Positions 24,056-37,505 are shown, counted from the first letter of the stretch. The stretch: 64,000 nucleotides of DNA from Octopus bimaculoides (GCF_001194135.2 NC_068997.1:7781759-7845758); one strand, 5' to 3'. A program made the numbers and translations. Notes: generated by a model from the letters alone, not told the origin.

Positions 24056-25494
24056 GCAAACATTCTAACACTTAAAACTATGACTGATATCCTTTTGGGT
24101 TCACCGAGTCTACTAAAAAAAAAGCAAAAAAGTCCCTCTTGTCCGGTTAAGGGCAGTTAACACTTATTTTCCAGACTCCAACATTAAATAAAAACTTATT
24201 TTATCTTATGAGGTCTAACTGCATTTAGAGACTTGCTCTTCGGCAGTACGTGAGTGGTGAGTTTTGGGTTTTCACAAAGAAAGATTAGTTCCATCTAATA
24301 TGTGAGAGTCACGGTTGAATGTGACGATAAATTGAAGAACAAGAAACGATCCTAAAGAAAGAATAACTATGAATTGTTAGACCTAAACCATTTAAATAAA
24401 TTATGGTGTTTAAAATTCCGAACAGTCTGTTGCCCAAATTACAAACAAATCTTGGAACCACTGAAAGTCATATTTACCAAAAAAATAACTGAGTTCACAA
24501 GAGATCGTCGATAAGATGTTCTTCATTTTCGTAATATTGCTTAATGTTCGAATTTATTTAATAACACTATCTTTTTATATGTATTTCTGTTCATAAACAT
24601 ATTTACCATTAGTCCATAGATATTTTATTTTAGATGAATAATAACTTTAACTGGTATGATTAGTATTAAGCATTTACGTGTAATTTATTGTACTAACGTG
24701 AGTTTTACTAAAAGCACTAATATTTTTATTATTTAAGAAAGATACGTTTTTTGAATCTTATTTTTCTAGACACCTGAGGAGTGACCGTATTTTGAGTAGA
24801 TTATAATTGTTATCAAATTATTGTGAACTGTACTGATTTTATCTGCTATAGTGCGACCACGAAAAGCGCGTAGTCAACACTTTACCTTCTATTTTATCAA
24901 TTTTCTAAGTTGAATTAAATTTTTACCCGGATTTTGTAGAGTATGTTTTTTTCTGGGTGGTGATTGGTGTCTTTCATTGTTTGAATTGTATATTGGTGGT
25001 TCCTCTCTAAATTATATTTATATACATATATTATTTATTATAAAATTCAATTTGGTATTACTAAATGAATATTCCTGTACGTTTGGAATTTACATTCCCT
25101 AATATTATAATAATTATATATNNNNNNNNNNNNNNNNNNNNNNNNNNNNNNNNNNNNNNNNNNNNNNNNNNNNNNNNNNNNNNNNNNNNNNNNNNNNNNN
25201 NNNNNNNNNNNNNNNNNNNNNNNNNNNNNNNNNNNNNNNNNNNNNNNNNNNNNNNNNNNNNNNNNNNNNNNNNNNNNNNNNNNNNTATATATATATGTAT
25301 TAGCATGCTAATCGTTAATGATTGGTTGTTTGATCTATCATGCGAGTTTGGAACGTTTGGTAGAGTCTTGTATTTTGATTGGTCAAGTATTGCGCGTGAT
25401 ACGCATTTCGGATTCAATCATGTTGCGTGTAATACATTTTCAAACAATTAATCCGAATCATCGCTGGATCCTACCCTCCGCTTATAAATAGCTT

Positions 25495-26175
25495 TGTCAA
25501 ATCATTTATGGGCAGTTAGGTGAGGTGACTGGAGGGGCAAGTCGATGCCTCCCAACAGCGTCGTCGGACGTTGGGCGGAGGGCCCAGTTAAACTGCTCGG
25601 GGTCTGGTTTGGACAGGACCTCCAGATGGAGAAAAACTGAAGCGAGATTACAAGCAAGGTGACAGCCATAACCTAGACCTGGTCTGGGAGGACGCTATTC
25701 TTGCTAGGAAGGGCCGAGGTTGCACAAGTGTTTATAGCATCTGTGATAACCTACCGCCTAACCGTTGTACCTTGCCCCGGAATGTGACTGACCAAGCTGG
25801 AACGGATCCTTTTCCGCTTTTTGTGGAATGGGAAACCTCCACTTGTGAAGCGCTCCATCTGCTGCCAGAAACCGTTAAAGGGTGGGTTAGAAATGCCTTG
25901 GCTGATGATGCGCAAGTATGCGCTGAGGCTGAGACACCTCTGGCTCTACCTGGATGGTGAATGGGTTTGGTCACCTCATGTCAAGTTCTTCCTGCCACAA
26001 TTGACATCCCTGCGGGACGTAGGCACATGGATCACGCGGAGACCGAGCATGAGTGAATGGCAGAGGGAGTAAGGCATGCACTCGCTCTGTTCTCCCGAGC
26101 GAGCAATACCACTGCGGATTTTTGTAGCTGGTTGGTAGAAGACATGTCCGACGACGTCCTGACGACGCGGTGTCT
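25495..26175 (+). mobile_element. Tx1/L1-clade LINE ORF2 fragment (post-RT region)
   Basis: PVKLLGVWFGQDLQMEKN*...TWSGRTLFLLGRAEVAQVFIASVITYRLTVVPCP, then LFRFLWNGKPPLVKRSICCQKPLKGGLEMPWLMMRKYALRLRHLW; stops and frameshifts; GC- and CpG-rich relative to flanks. Confidence 0.85.
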
Positions 26176-26252
26176 TACCTAAATACTATAAATGAAGAGA
26201 GCAGATTGAGCGGGTATGTGAATGTATATGAGAGGGTGTATGTTTGTGCTTG

Positions 26253-26289
<37 letters not shown>

Positions 26290-26299
26290 NNNNNNNNNN

Positions 26300-26345
<46 letters not shown>

Positions 26346-28665
26346 GAAGTGTGAGGATGAAGGTAAGCAAAGACAGGTTATATGTGTACACATCTATTTG
26401 TGTGAGAAAGTAAGGGAAAAGGGGAAATGGTGCGCAAGGAGAGAGGTGATTGTGTGAGTGTGAAAGAGGAATTGCGTGTAATGTGTGATGCAGTGATAGA
26501 AAGTGTGAGGGAGATTACGCATATTTCCGAGAAAACGTATGTGGACATGTGACTGCGATCCCGGCATTGAACACTTCAAAATAATCTTACAGCTTCGAAA
26601 CTCATGATAGCGTCGATGTATTTGACATTATCGTTTCCCCAGCTTCCCCTCTCTCTCTCTCTCATGTCTGAACGAGGGTTGAAAAGATGAATGAGACAAT
26701 ATAAATGGAATCACACAACTGTTTACTGATGGATCATATAGCTAATAAGTAACAACCAAAAGGTTATTTACTTGTTTAGTCATACGTTCCGAATGGAAAT
26801 TAGTGTTGAAAAGATCAAGTTGATAGCAAAGAGTAAACACTGCGATAGAAAGTTGACACTATGAGAGCAGCAGGGTTACGTGACAAAAGGTCGGCGCCAT
26901 CAACGACGATGCATCACAAGCAGATACATCCCAGAGCAACAATTCAGATTGTCGGAACGAGGAAAGGCAACTCATCGAAGGAGGCTTCTCAGTGAATTAT
27001 TCTACTAGAAATAGCAACCAATCTTCAAATCACGACCTGTTAGTTTGTAAAAGAAAACACAAGGACAAATGCGTCCAATAAGCGAGTCCTTTGCATCCGT
27101 TCGTCCTATTAGAAATAGCAATCAGTCTACTTTCAAATCACCCTACCGTCTTAAAAAAAAACAAAAAAAAACAGGCAATGATAGCTTGGACAGTATAATC
27201 CATATACATAGAAAGATGGAATGGCTTCGGATCACCGGCCAGTTCGACAGTGGATGCCCTGAGGCTAAACAACAACGAAGGACCAACGCAACACAGTGTA
27301 ATAAGGCCGCTCCTATGAATCACAAGTAAGAACCATCCGTTGGTCCACACACACAAATCTCGGACTGGATCGTGGTTTAGGTTAATGCCACTTGCCCGAG
27401 GGGGCAACATTTTTTCAGGAATGAAATAACATATTAGAAATTTACAAAATATCGACTAACTTCTACGAGGATTGAAAGGGATTTAACAAAAATAGATTTG
27501 ATAGTTGTTGCAATTGTTTAGCACCAGAGTACAGCCTTTATCCAATAGATCTATGATCAAAAATATTCCAGACATGACCGTCCCCTAATATTTAGAGTAC
27601 ATGTTCCAATGGGTCGTTCTTATTTTAATGCAATTATTACTGGTCAAACCCTAGGTCAGCCGTACAACTGTTAGAAGGCAGGCCAATGATCAAAACTATT
27701 GTCTTACTTTTTGCTATCAGACGTTGTTTCAAGGATTACAATGTCACTAATGTTTCATTCCTAATTTTAAGGTTTACTCGGGATATCGTTCATGAACTGG
27801 TATTTTATATTTCTGAAAATAAAATTAGAGCAGTAGAAATGAGAAGTTATCGAAAAATCTGCGAGACTTCTTTTATAAACAACGAAATCTGCGTGTAAAA
27901 CGGGTTGGCCAAACCTTATCCAAAGCAACAGAAGATAATAAAAAAAAAAGAAAAAACTGACAATATCTAAGGGAAAGACATAGTTAGGGTTATGTTTGCG
28001 CTTAAAGCTACCACAGCGACAAAGACACGAGCCAACAAGAGAATTTCTATACAGTTGCTCGACTTCCTAAAAATAGCAGCCAAATTTCTTTAAACCACAC
28101 CCCACGTTCTTAATAAAGGGTCGCGGCATATATCGCGGTTGAAATGCCTTTAAGAACTGGCTAACCAACATCAACATTCGTCAATGTGAAATCTACAGAA
28201 CGCTGGTGACCCTACATTCCTAAGACACTCCTCTTCCAGATAAGGCGACAAAGGTCAAGGACAATGGTAATGAGGTCGGTTGAAGACGGATCTCACTGGA
28301 TGTGACGTAGTCGTATGTCAGAACGAAAGATCTGGTATACACTTACGTATGTCCTCTGAATGAGGACAGATACGTATTTGTCCTCATCCAGACAAATCCG
28401 TTATTCTTTCGTAATATAAACTTGCTTCGAGGATAAAAAGAACTAACTTTGGACAGGGGAACACATATCTACACACCTTTCCTTGCTCATTAATTCAACC
28501 TAATTTAAGTTAATTAACATCTCGTAAATTCTCTCTCTCTCTCCGTTCCGTCATTAATCTCTTCACCAGTTCTAAGTAAAATATGCACACGCGCGCACAC
28601 CATCTGCAATCTATCTGTAACGGCCGTGTGACGTGAGGTGACGAGAATGGCTCTTTAGTACCACA

Positions 28666-30025
28666 TCACACGGCCGATATAATAAAGGGAAATTGGATGG
28701 AACCAATAAATGCCAGAAGGAAAAAGACACATCCGCGTAAGAAAGAGTTTTCTTGAGTTTTACTTGAGTTTTCTTTTGTTGGCACTGGAGGTGCGACTTC
28801 TTCCCTGCTCACGGGTCCTTTTTGGGGCGGTGGGGGGACAGTCCGCTCTAATGTGGCTTTTAGGCCACACTTGTAGTAACGCGGGATCTTGCCCTCCACT
28901 CTAACCCTGGTTATCATGTCTTCTATAGAGATAGTTTCTACTATATTTTCGATGTCTCCCAAAGACCCCTAGATAATCATATCCATGGTCTGCCCTTGCC
29001 AATTCATATAAGCTGTTCTTGTGGACTGAAGGACCACTATCTTATCTTCATTTCCCAGCAGTATGGCAGCTACTAGCCAGGCTACGTCAATCTCTTGTGG
29101 TATATCTTCTACCCTAGCTCTGGAAACACGTCTCCCAAGGTATATGGGTAGAAGTACCACTTCTGTTTTCAACAGGGTTGCCGAGTGTAACCTGGGAAAC
29201 GCACCTCCACTGTTCTGAACTTCCTTCCTCTGGCAAGGTATGAAACTCCTTGCTAGATTGGTTTCAAGGCTTTTTCTACTTGTGTGGTCGTCATTATTTC
29301 GATTTTTTTGTTTTCATGGAGTACGTTCTATATATTATAGTTTTCTCCTTGGTATCTTTCATAATTTCTTGTGGAGGGAACACCCGTACTTCGCACCCTA
29401 CCCTACAAAGCATGTTCTTATATTTACTCAGTTCTGTTAGTTCGATTTTGTTGCTGTGGCTCTTGGCGACAGCCGCAAAATTTCTTTACTTCAACTGCTC
29501 GTCCATTATTTCGACAGACTTCAGTAGTTCTTCCTCAGAAGACGTAAGCTCCGAAGAGGTGGGGTTTTCGTATTCCATCATTAATACTTGCTTCGAAGAA
29601 AGGGGAAAGCGTTAACAGACTGCCGTAAAGCAGTAAAACAAGTGTAACAAGGTGTTTAAAAAACACGAAACAATTTTAACATTAAACGAAACAACAAATA
29701 TAACACTCACGCGTGTCAATGATGTGCAGAAAAAAAGTGAGACTGGAACCAACAGAGGTCTGGAACCAAAGACCCCGGAACGCAGAAAAGCTAGTTTTGG
29801 TAAGGAACTGTAGACTAAAAGCATGGTAGTCAACAGGCTGTTCCACGTGATTCCATTCTGAGCCTTTGATTGGTTATACACGGCAAGTTAGCGCCATCAA
29901 GTAAGAGACAAATTGTGCCAATCAGAGTAGCGGACACAACGGGATCCAAATAGCAGCCAATGACTAGCTGTTCTCTGCTACGTTCGAACGCACAATAAAT
30001 GGGAGAAAGGGATTTCACCAGAGTC
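28666..30025 (-). mobile_element. Decayed LINE-like ORF1 (gag-like zinc knuckle) with 5' leader
   Basis: ATG at 29581 (MMEYENPTSSELTSSEEELL...) followed by a broken ORF. Near 28840-28885, YYKCGLK[frameshift]GHIRADC is a degenerate CX2CX4HX4C knuckle. CCAAT-containing leader at 29600-30025. Confidence 0.7.
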
Positions 30026-31829
30026 TACGCTAAATATCTCTAATCCTTCATTGCTACGATAACGGGAAAAGAGTTTCCGAATATGGTCTGCCTAAAAGAC
30101 AATTTCTCAGATTTTACAGCTTTTGTTCAGCCTCACATCAATCCAAAGTGAGCAGACCTAAAACCAAAGCTATTCGAACCAGGACCACCCTGTCTTTTTA
30201 GAGATACCAAGGATTCTACAATCCAATGTATCCTTCCGTTTTTTTGCATTGTTTGTTTGTTTAAGATAATATGATGAAGAGGATTTGGATGCTAATTTCC
30301 ACCGTTAAAAAACAGCACAAAAGCTCCCTCGTTCCTCTCACTTCATATCGTAAGCTTTTCTTTCATGCAATCTGCTTTGGTGGCATTTTAGACTTTCAAA
30401 TTATATTGCATGTTTAAGTATGCAGAGTACTAAAACAATATTCAATAATTAAGATAAAAATTTAATTAGATTTTACGAATTGATGTGATTAAACAATTAC
30501 TTCATCTTTCCAAATCAAAGTTATTTATAAATAGGTAACCAGTTTTTAAAAGTTACCCAAGCTGTGAAGGACCAGCAGTTTAATAGCATGAAACAGACCT
30601 GAGGAAAATCTTCCCGTGGACAAAACCTAAGCAACATTGCCAGACGACCCAGTACCAAGTCCCCAACAATTCGATAAATTTGTGATAATGTAGGTGTCCT
30701 AAGAATAAAGTGTCCCACCCAGAAATACAACGAAGCAAGAGAGAGGGGGTAATTTTGCTATTCACAAGTAAAGGACAATCTAATCGAAATCCTGCCCAGT
30801 CCAATATTTCACTTCATAAAAAGACAGAGGTTAATGATAGCAGAAACGTTAGAGAGTCCGGTGAAATACCTTGTGGTATTTAGTTACGTTCCTTTATGTT
30901 CTCAACCCAAATCCCACCTCTTTAGCCTTTTGTTTTTCTGCTTTTACAAGATATTAGATGTTTCAAGACATAACCTCCTGTCGTAACATTACTCAATTGT
31001 TTGATCTCTGGAATAGACTAATTATACACTGGGACAAAGAATTCTAATGCTTTGTGCAAGAACCCTTGGTCATAAAAAAATTCAAGTGTTTGGTAACTGG
31101 AATAAGTGTACAATGAGAAAAGTGGAGGCAAGGGAAAAGATAAGGAGAAAAAGAAAAAGAAAAAAAAAAAACAAGTTTTTGAGGAAGGAGAGGGAAACTG
31201 CTCAGAGATGAGAGAAAATTAAAGGAAGAGCAGAAGATTTGAAAATACTGAAAGAGGAAAAAGGCGGTAATGACAGAGAAACCTTACCTCGATGCACTTT
31301 TGATACACTTGAATGGTTTTGAGCCAACAAACGAACCTCCATGTGACCACTTGCTTGAAATAGCAACCAAGACTCACCTCCAAACTGTTGTCTTAAAATA
31401 GGAGGATTGTATTGGCTCCTAAATACATTATCTGAATGAACAAAGATGGAAGGGTCACGGCTGGAATGTCTTTGATTATAATGTTCAATCAGAACTCAAC
31501 AACAGCAAGATTGGTTCAAAATCTTGGAGATTACAAGCTTTTATTTTTTTATCCCCCATATTTCCACACATACATTCACATAATTGTGTGTGTGAGGATG
31601 CAAAGCAGTGGTGGTGAGTTCTTCTAAATCATTATTTTAGTTTCTTTACAAATCTAGATATTTATTTATTTATTTATGGGTTTCAGCCAAGTGGCTGTGG
31701 TCATGCTGGAGCACAGAGGATTCTCAACAAATTGAAATAATGAATCCAGGAGTTTAAGCTGGGTTGTGTGGAGTAGGACAAACTGACCATTTGGACAGTG
31801 GCCATTCAAGGTAGCTGTTATATTGCTCT

Positions 31830-32080
31830 AATTTAATTCTATGTTCTGACTAAGTATCAAACTAAATTTAGTGATTCTGCTTTATTTCATGCGTTGACCT
31901 CATATCTTTTTAAAGCGAACTTTTGGACTGCCTTGTAATTGGCATATTGGCTTGTTTCGTAGGCAGCGTGATACTTTTTGCACATGGATTTTTAAGTTCT
32001 GCTTTAATCAGCATGTATCTTTGAGTATATATTGTGTTGTATTGTCTCCAAGTTGATAATTCTTTATTAAAATATAACAG
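31830..32080 (-). mobile_element. Probable decayed RTE LINE linker fragment
   Basis: Purine-rich minus strand with weak similarity to the RTE linker region; many stops. Confidence 0.35.
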
Positions 32081-32872
32081 TAGCTAAGTATCTGTGTGCA
32101 CCAGAATGAATGAACCACAGCATATGAGAGAATGTGTGTGTGTGTTGAGAGAGTGAGTGGGGCTGTTCGTAGGTGTGTGTAAGAGAGAAAGAGAGAATTG
32201 CTTTATGCAAGGATGAACCAAACAGTTACATCAGCACACCGGTAGCATTTGGACCTTTGGCATCTTGATGGCTTTTTGAACATGTTCTTGTTTCTGAATG
32301 GTGCTGCCCTGGCAAGTAGTAGAGTTGAAAGATAATGATATGCAGAAAGAAGGAAGTGGGAGGATATGAAACAAAGGAAGAGAGAGAGAGAGATTAACTG
32401 TGACATGGAAAGAGAGGTGAAGAACAGCAGAGAGAAAAGAGTGAAGAGGATGGGAGAGAGAGAGAGAAAGAATGGGGAGGGGAAAAGAAAAGAGAGAGAA
32501 AGAAAAGCAATGAAAGAGAGCAAAAAAATTGAGAGCTACAGAATTATATCTGCTTTGTGTGTTGTTAACACAGCTGAAGGGCCAAAACGCACACACACAC
32601 ACTGATATACACAGATATGTGTACACATCACTAGGAAACACTGGCAGCCAACTTTTTAAGTAAATAGATTAGCACAGGAAATATTGGAATTAAATTTCTT
32701 TCTAACTTTTGATAATTTGAGGGAAAAAAAATTTCCTTGCAGCATTAGAAATTTTTAATCTCTATAATTCTTCTATTTTGCTTTCTTTCTTTCTTTCTTT
32801 GTTGCTTCCAAAATTAATGTGTTGTTAATAATAATAATAATAATTATAATGATGATGATGATAATGATGATG

Positions 32873-32915
<43 letters not shown>

Positions 32916-32917
<2 letters not shown>

Positions 32918-33369
32918 GGATATGCCAATACACACAGATAGAGAAATTAAGGCAAATAGACCAGATATAGTTGTCAAAGATCATGAAGGAAAAAAATGCC
33001 TTCTAATTGATGTTTCAATACCAGCAGATGACAACGTTTCTCTAAAAGAAATGGAAAAACTTTCAAAATACAAAGACCTGGAAATAGAGATAACTCGAAT
33101 GTGGAATCTAAAAACAGAAACAATTCCTATCATAGTAGGTGCCTTAGGTATAATAAAAAAATATTCAGACAAATACATAACAAAAACACCAGGACTTACA
33201 AATATATATAACATACAGAAAATTGCACTACTGGGTACTGCACACATTCTACGCAAAACACTTTCAATACAGTAAACATAAGAGCACCACAGCAAACCAC
33301 AGCACATACCCAAGGCGCACAGAGCTGCGCTCGGTAGTGAAGTGAAAGCACGTTATAAAAATAAAACTA

Positions 33370-33372
<3 letters not shown>
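32916..33372 (+). mobile_element. 5'-truncated R4/Dong-like non-LTR retrotransposon (restriction-like endonuclease C-terminus plus 3'UTR) inserted in a (TAA)n tract
   Basis: Uninterrupted ORF WDMPIHTDREIKANRPDIVVKD...LLIDVSIP...KLSKYKDL...IIVGALG...ALLGTAHILRKTL with a PD-(D/E)xK-type RLE motif. (AAT)n runs directly on both sides (about 32826-32915 and 33373-33411). Confidence 0.88.
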
Positions 33373-33413
<41 letters not shown>

Positions 33414-33668
33414 AGCTGCAATTGATTGTTGCCGATTCTTCTTTTTGCCAATTAGATATATTTATTGTTTTCTACCATAGTCAAACTTGAAGAATAATTG
33501 ATGCTATTGTTCTCAGTTTTTGGTCATTCTGCAGAGAAATGTTCGCAAGTAGCAAAAGGTTTTCCTTTTCTGTGAGGTTGTTAATAAAAAGAAAAAGAAG
33601 TAAAAGAAAAAATTAAAATATATGAAATTTGATGGACATTTATCACTCTTGAAACCTTGTTCTTTAGA

Positions 33669-34112
33669 ATTATTGGCATTCATTTTGGCAATGAATTGAG
33701 CAGAGTTCTTAGTTTAGGACAAACACTTAGCAGTATCTGTTCTGGCTCTCTGGGCTCTGATTTCAATTCCTGTTAAGGACAACTTTTCTTTTCATCCCTT
33801 CTGGGGTCAATAAAGTACCAATCCATGGAATGGTATTGTTGGAATTGTTAGAGTGCCAGACAAGACGCCTTGTAGTCTTTGTTCCTGTTCTTTGGGCTTT
33901 GAATTCTTGGGTGGCAGATTTAGTTGTTTGCTTAAGAACCACCACCTGGTCCTTAGACGACCTTAGTGGAAAACTATTCTGTTGTAAGTATCCAGCTTCA
34001 GTTTCTAGTTTGAAGATAACTTTCTTCATTCCTCCCATTAGTCTTGGAGGCCCTGAAAGAATCATAGAGTCATGGATGCAGCTCTTTATTGTCCCTGACT
34101 AAGAGGTAAAAA
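33669..34112 (+). mobile_element. About 440-bp composite SINE-like element, copy 1
   Basis: Two SINE-B-like head segments plus a unique 3' body ending in an A-rich tail; reverse complement of 60189-60633. Confidence 0.65.
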
Positions 34113-35559
34113 AGAAAAAAGCGCTAATTATTTACTATCATCAAGTCAAATGATTCAAAGATCCCTGTTTTGTTTGCTGCCACACCAGACTATGCCCTGC
34201 AATCCTTTACTCTTACTGGTCGAGTTCACCTAAGTCTAAAGGGAAACCTCCATGTGGCGGTTCAACTTTTTAGAAACAGCAGCCATATCTCCCTTAAAAC
34301 AACAGCCTCACCAACTTAGAAAAGGAGACAATACGAAAAAGACGGTATGGCCAACTGGAATAGTTTTAATGGTAAATCTGCTCAATCAGAGAAATGAAAC
34401 CATCCTAAAATTACACCTCAACTGTCTTAAAAGAAAGGAAAAATACATTAACTAATATAATCGAAAATACATCGAAACAGGTAGGATAGTCATGGTTGGA
34501 ATGTCTTTGATCCTAAAAAGACCCATTCAATCATGGCTGATAGAAAACTAAACAACAGCAACAACAACCCTGGTTGCCGTTGTGTCGATGGAAAGGACTC
34601 ACTCAGTCGTTTGACCTGTTAAAAATATTGTTGAAGAAAGGAAAACAGTTTTAAACGTTTGAACGTCAATACTTATATAAATCTGATACTTTCTGACAAT
34701 CATAGTTCCCTAGTCGAATACATAGCATAATAATAACAACATAATATGAAATATGGGTAAGTAGTATTCATGCTTTTGAAGAGTGTTTTGTAACATGACT
34801 GAATGTGAATGGATACAATAGAGAGTTGAAGCTAATTCGCTCACTACCCCCTCTCTCTCTCTCTCTCTCTCTCTCTCGTGTGTGTGTGTATGTGTAAAAT
34901 ATACATACATAGTATACACATTATGGCACATATAGTATTAGCACAAGCATTTTTGTTTTTGTTTTGTTGTTTTTTTCTTTTTCCATGGCTGATTGCCTGC
35001 TAAAAGTATCTGCTTAACCATGAAATGGGTGTGGCATCTATTTATATAATCAGGTAGACTGGTGCAGACAGTTTCACCAAGCTGCAGGAACACACACACA
35101 CTTCACATAAGAAATGTATGTTGTGCACACAAACCACCCAAAACAAACACACACATACACAAAACACACACACACACACACACACACAGCAGAGTTTGAA
35201 ATCATGGCTTCTCAGTCAGTAGAATCTGAGTGAATAAAGATTACCAACCCAAGTATTACAAGTTCAATTCAGCCACACGTCCTCAGCTGACTTCTCTTTC
35301 CGTGGGACTCAAATCATTTTGTCATAAAACACTTTCTCAAGAAGTACCTAAACTTTACAAACCAATGAAGGAAGCTCTATGCTTAACTTGCAAACAATAG
35401 CAGCCAAATTCCCTTCAAATCATACCCAACAATCTTAAGAAAAAAACTGACACATTGGACAATATAGTCTTGATTATCAAAAATATGGGATGGTCATGGC
35501 TGGCTGACTCAGGATTAACAACATTTAGATCTTGTGATTCCCTGGAGAACAAACCAGAA

Positions 35560-35735
35560 AAGAAGTAACACTGTGCTCTTGAGGCACATACACTTTCTTG
35601 AGGCCATCATAAAAGGCTTTAGAATCCTTTGTGTCTGCAGCTTCTTGGAGTTCAGTGGCCTCAAAAGACCACCAAGCCTCCTTCATCTGTCTCAAAGCAT
35701 GTTGGACCTGGCCTCTGCATTTTATGCTTAACACA
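35560..35735 (-). mobile_element. RTE/BovB-like LINE fragment (endonuclease-RT linker)
   Basis: GQVQHALRQMKEAWWSFEATELQEAADTKDSKAFYDGLKKVY resembles the RTE-BovB KVQRKLREM..W...A.E.Q..AD..D.K.FY..LK.VYG motif. Confidence 0.8.
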
Positions 35736-36382
35736 AACCACAATCACACACACCATAAAATCAGACCACTGCTTTTTCAGCCAATCAACTCTCATATTTT
35801 ATAAAGGAAATGGGGAAAAAAAAGTGTTCTGCAGGAGAGGATTTTTTTTTTATATCAACGATTCACTTTGAACTATCAATACAAATACACACCTAACACA
35901 CACACACACACACACACATATTCGCCCACATTACACACACACACACACATACACAAGGAGCCTAACAGTTAAAGTTAGAACAGGTTCATTAAAGAAATGC
36001 AATCACATCGCACTGGAAAAAACCATGAAGCTGTTTGGTTAAGTGGAAAAATGCCAAAACAAGTATTTACAGAGATGTTGTTTTTCAAGGTCAGACCAGA
36101 TTGACCAGATCTTCTATAATCAAAGGTATTTCAGTCATGATCGTCTGCTCTTTTTTGGTACCCCCTTAGAACTAAATTATACAATGCCTGTCAATTTGAA
36201 GCAGATTTGTCTCCTATTACTAGCAAATTGTGTAACCACTTAGAGGCTCGTTCTTTTAATTCATGGCAATGCAGGTGTTGTTGTTTGGCTGCAGGTCAAT
36301 CCTGGTTGAACTGGGCTTTGATCAAAAGCATCCAACTGGGGTTATTTCAGACTGCATTATCTAATGTATTCTTGCAATTTCT

Positions 36383-36963
36383 TTTACCCTTTCAATACCA
36401 AACCAGCTGAAACCGCCTCTGGCTCTGAGTTCAAATGCCTTGTTTTCATAAATTCTGAATTAAAATCTTCCCCCAAACATTAGTCACAATTTATGTTCCT
36501 AACACTAGCTTAATGATAAGTAAGTTATTTTACTAAACTCTTCAATATATTTTTAATTAATTGAAAGAAATGCAGAGCATCTCAACAGAAATATGGTAAC
36601 GAAAGGGTTAAACCATAAGCATTTAAGCTGGTCATATCTGGCCTCTCATACCTACTCTACACTGTCTTTCTAAATTACATAGCCAGACAATGAAGAAACT
36701 TTTATGTAGTCAATCAACCTGCTAGAAATAGTAACAGTGAAATCCCCCTACCTTCTTAACCCTTTTGATACCAACCTGGCTGAAACCACCTCTGGCTCTG
36801 AGTACAAATGTCTTGTTTTCATAAGTTCTGGATTAAAATCTTCCACCAAACCTTAGTCACAATTTATGTTCCTAACACTAGCAGAATGATAATGAAGTTA
36901 TTTTACTAAAATCTTTGTTATATTTAAAATTAATTGAAAGAAACACAGAGCATCTCAAAATAA
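36383..36963. mobile_element. Cluster of two piggyBac-type MITE family 1 copies plus a family 2 fragment
   Basis: Two direct copies of ...gaaaccgcctctggctctgagt.caaatg...cttgttttcataa..., the first ending aaagggttaa at 36611. Confidence 0.75.
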
Positions 36964-37319
36964 AGATGATAGAGCAGGCTTTGAAAGAGAAAGGTCAGCT
37001 AGTTTAGCAAGCCCAGCAACCATGTAGCGCCTTCCGTGTTTGGCCTGTGGAGGGAGACGCAATGCATATGAATGGTAAAAATTAGATGAAGAAGTGTCAT
37101 AGGGAGCAGGAAGTTGTTGGTAAATAACAGTTAATATAAAAGGCTGAAGAAAAACTACACAGACCCTGCAGAGAAGATCTGGCTTAAAATATGGCTAAGA
37201 AATATAAATCTATGAATACTGTTATAACTCAACCAGAGTAACGGCTGGGAAGTAGTGTAGTTCCAAATAATCCCTTTCAAACTAATGCCAGCTCTGGAAA
37301 ATGGTAAAGATGATAAAAG

Positions 37320-37505
37320 CAGTGGTGGTGGTGGTGGTGGTGATAATGACAATGATATTGAATGTTGTAATAATGCTAATGGTTATAAGGATGGTGATGA
37401 CGATGATGATGATAATGATGGTGATAGTTTTAATGATAGTGTTGGTATTAATTTTTACAATATTGGTAGTGAGGATGATGCAGATAGTGATGCTACAGAT
37501 AATGA
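37320..37505. repeat. Degenerate (GGT)/(GAT)n low-complexity tract
   Basis: Direct reading; explains the Asp/Gly-rich ORF 37285-37644. Confidence 0.85.

Noticed and set aside
32255-32308. 54-nt minus-strand exon-like segment (GSTIQKQEHVQKAIKMPK) after a long pyrimidine tract
   Set aside because: Weak donor (gtccaa), no similarity to PLCG or any family I recognise, and the pyrimidine tract is a GA microsatellite.
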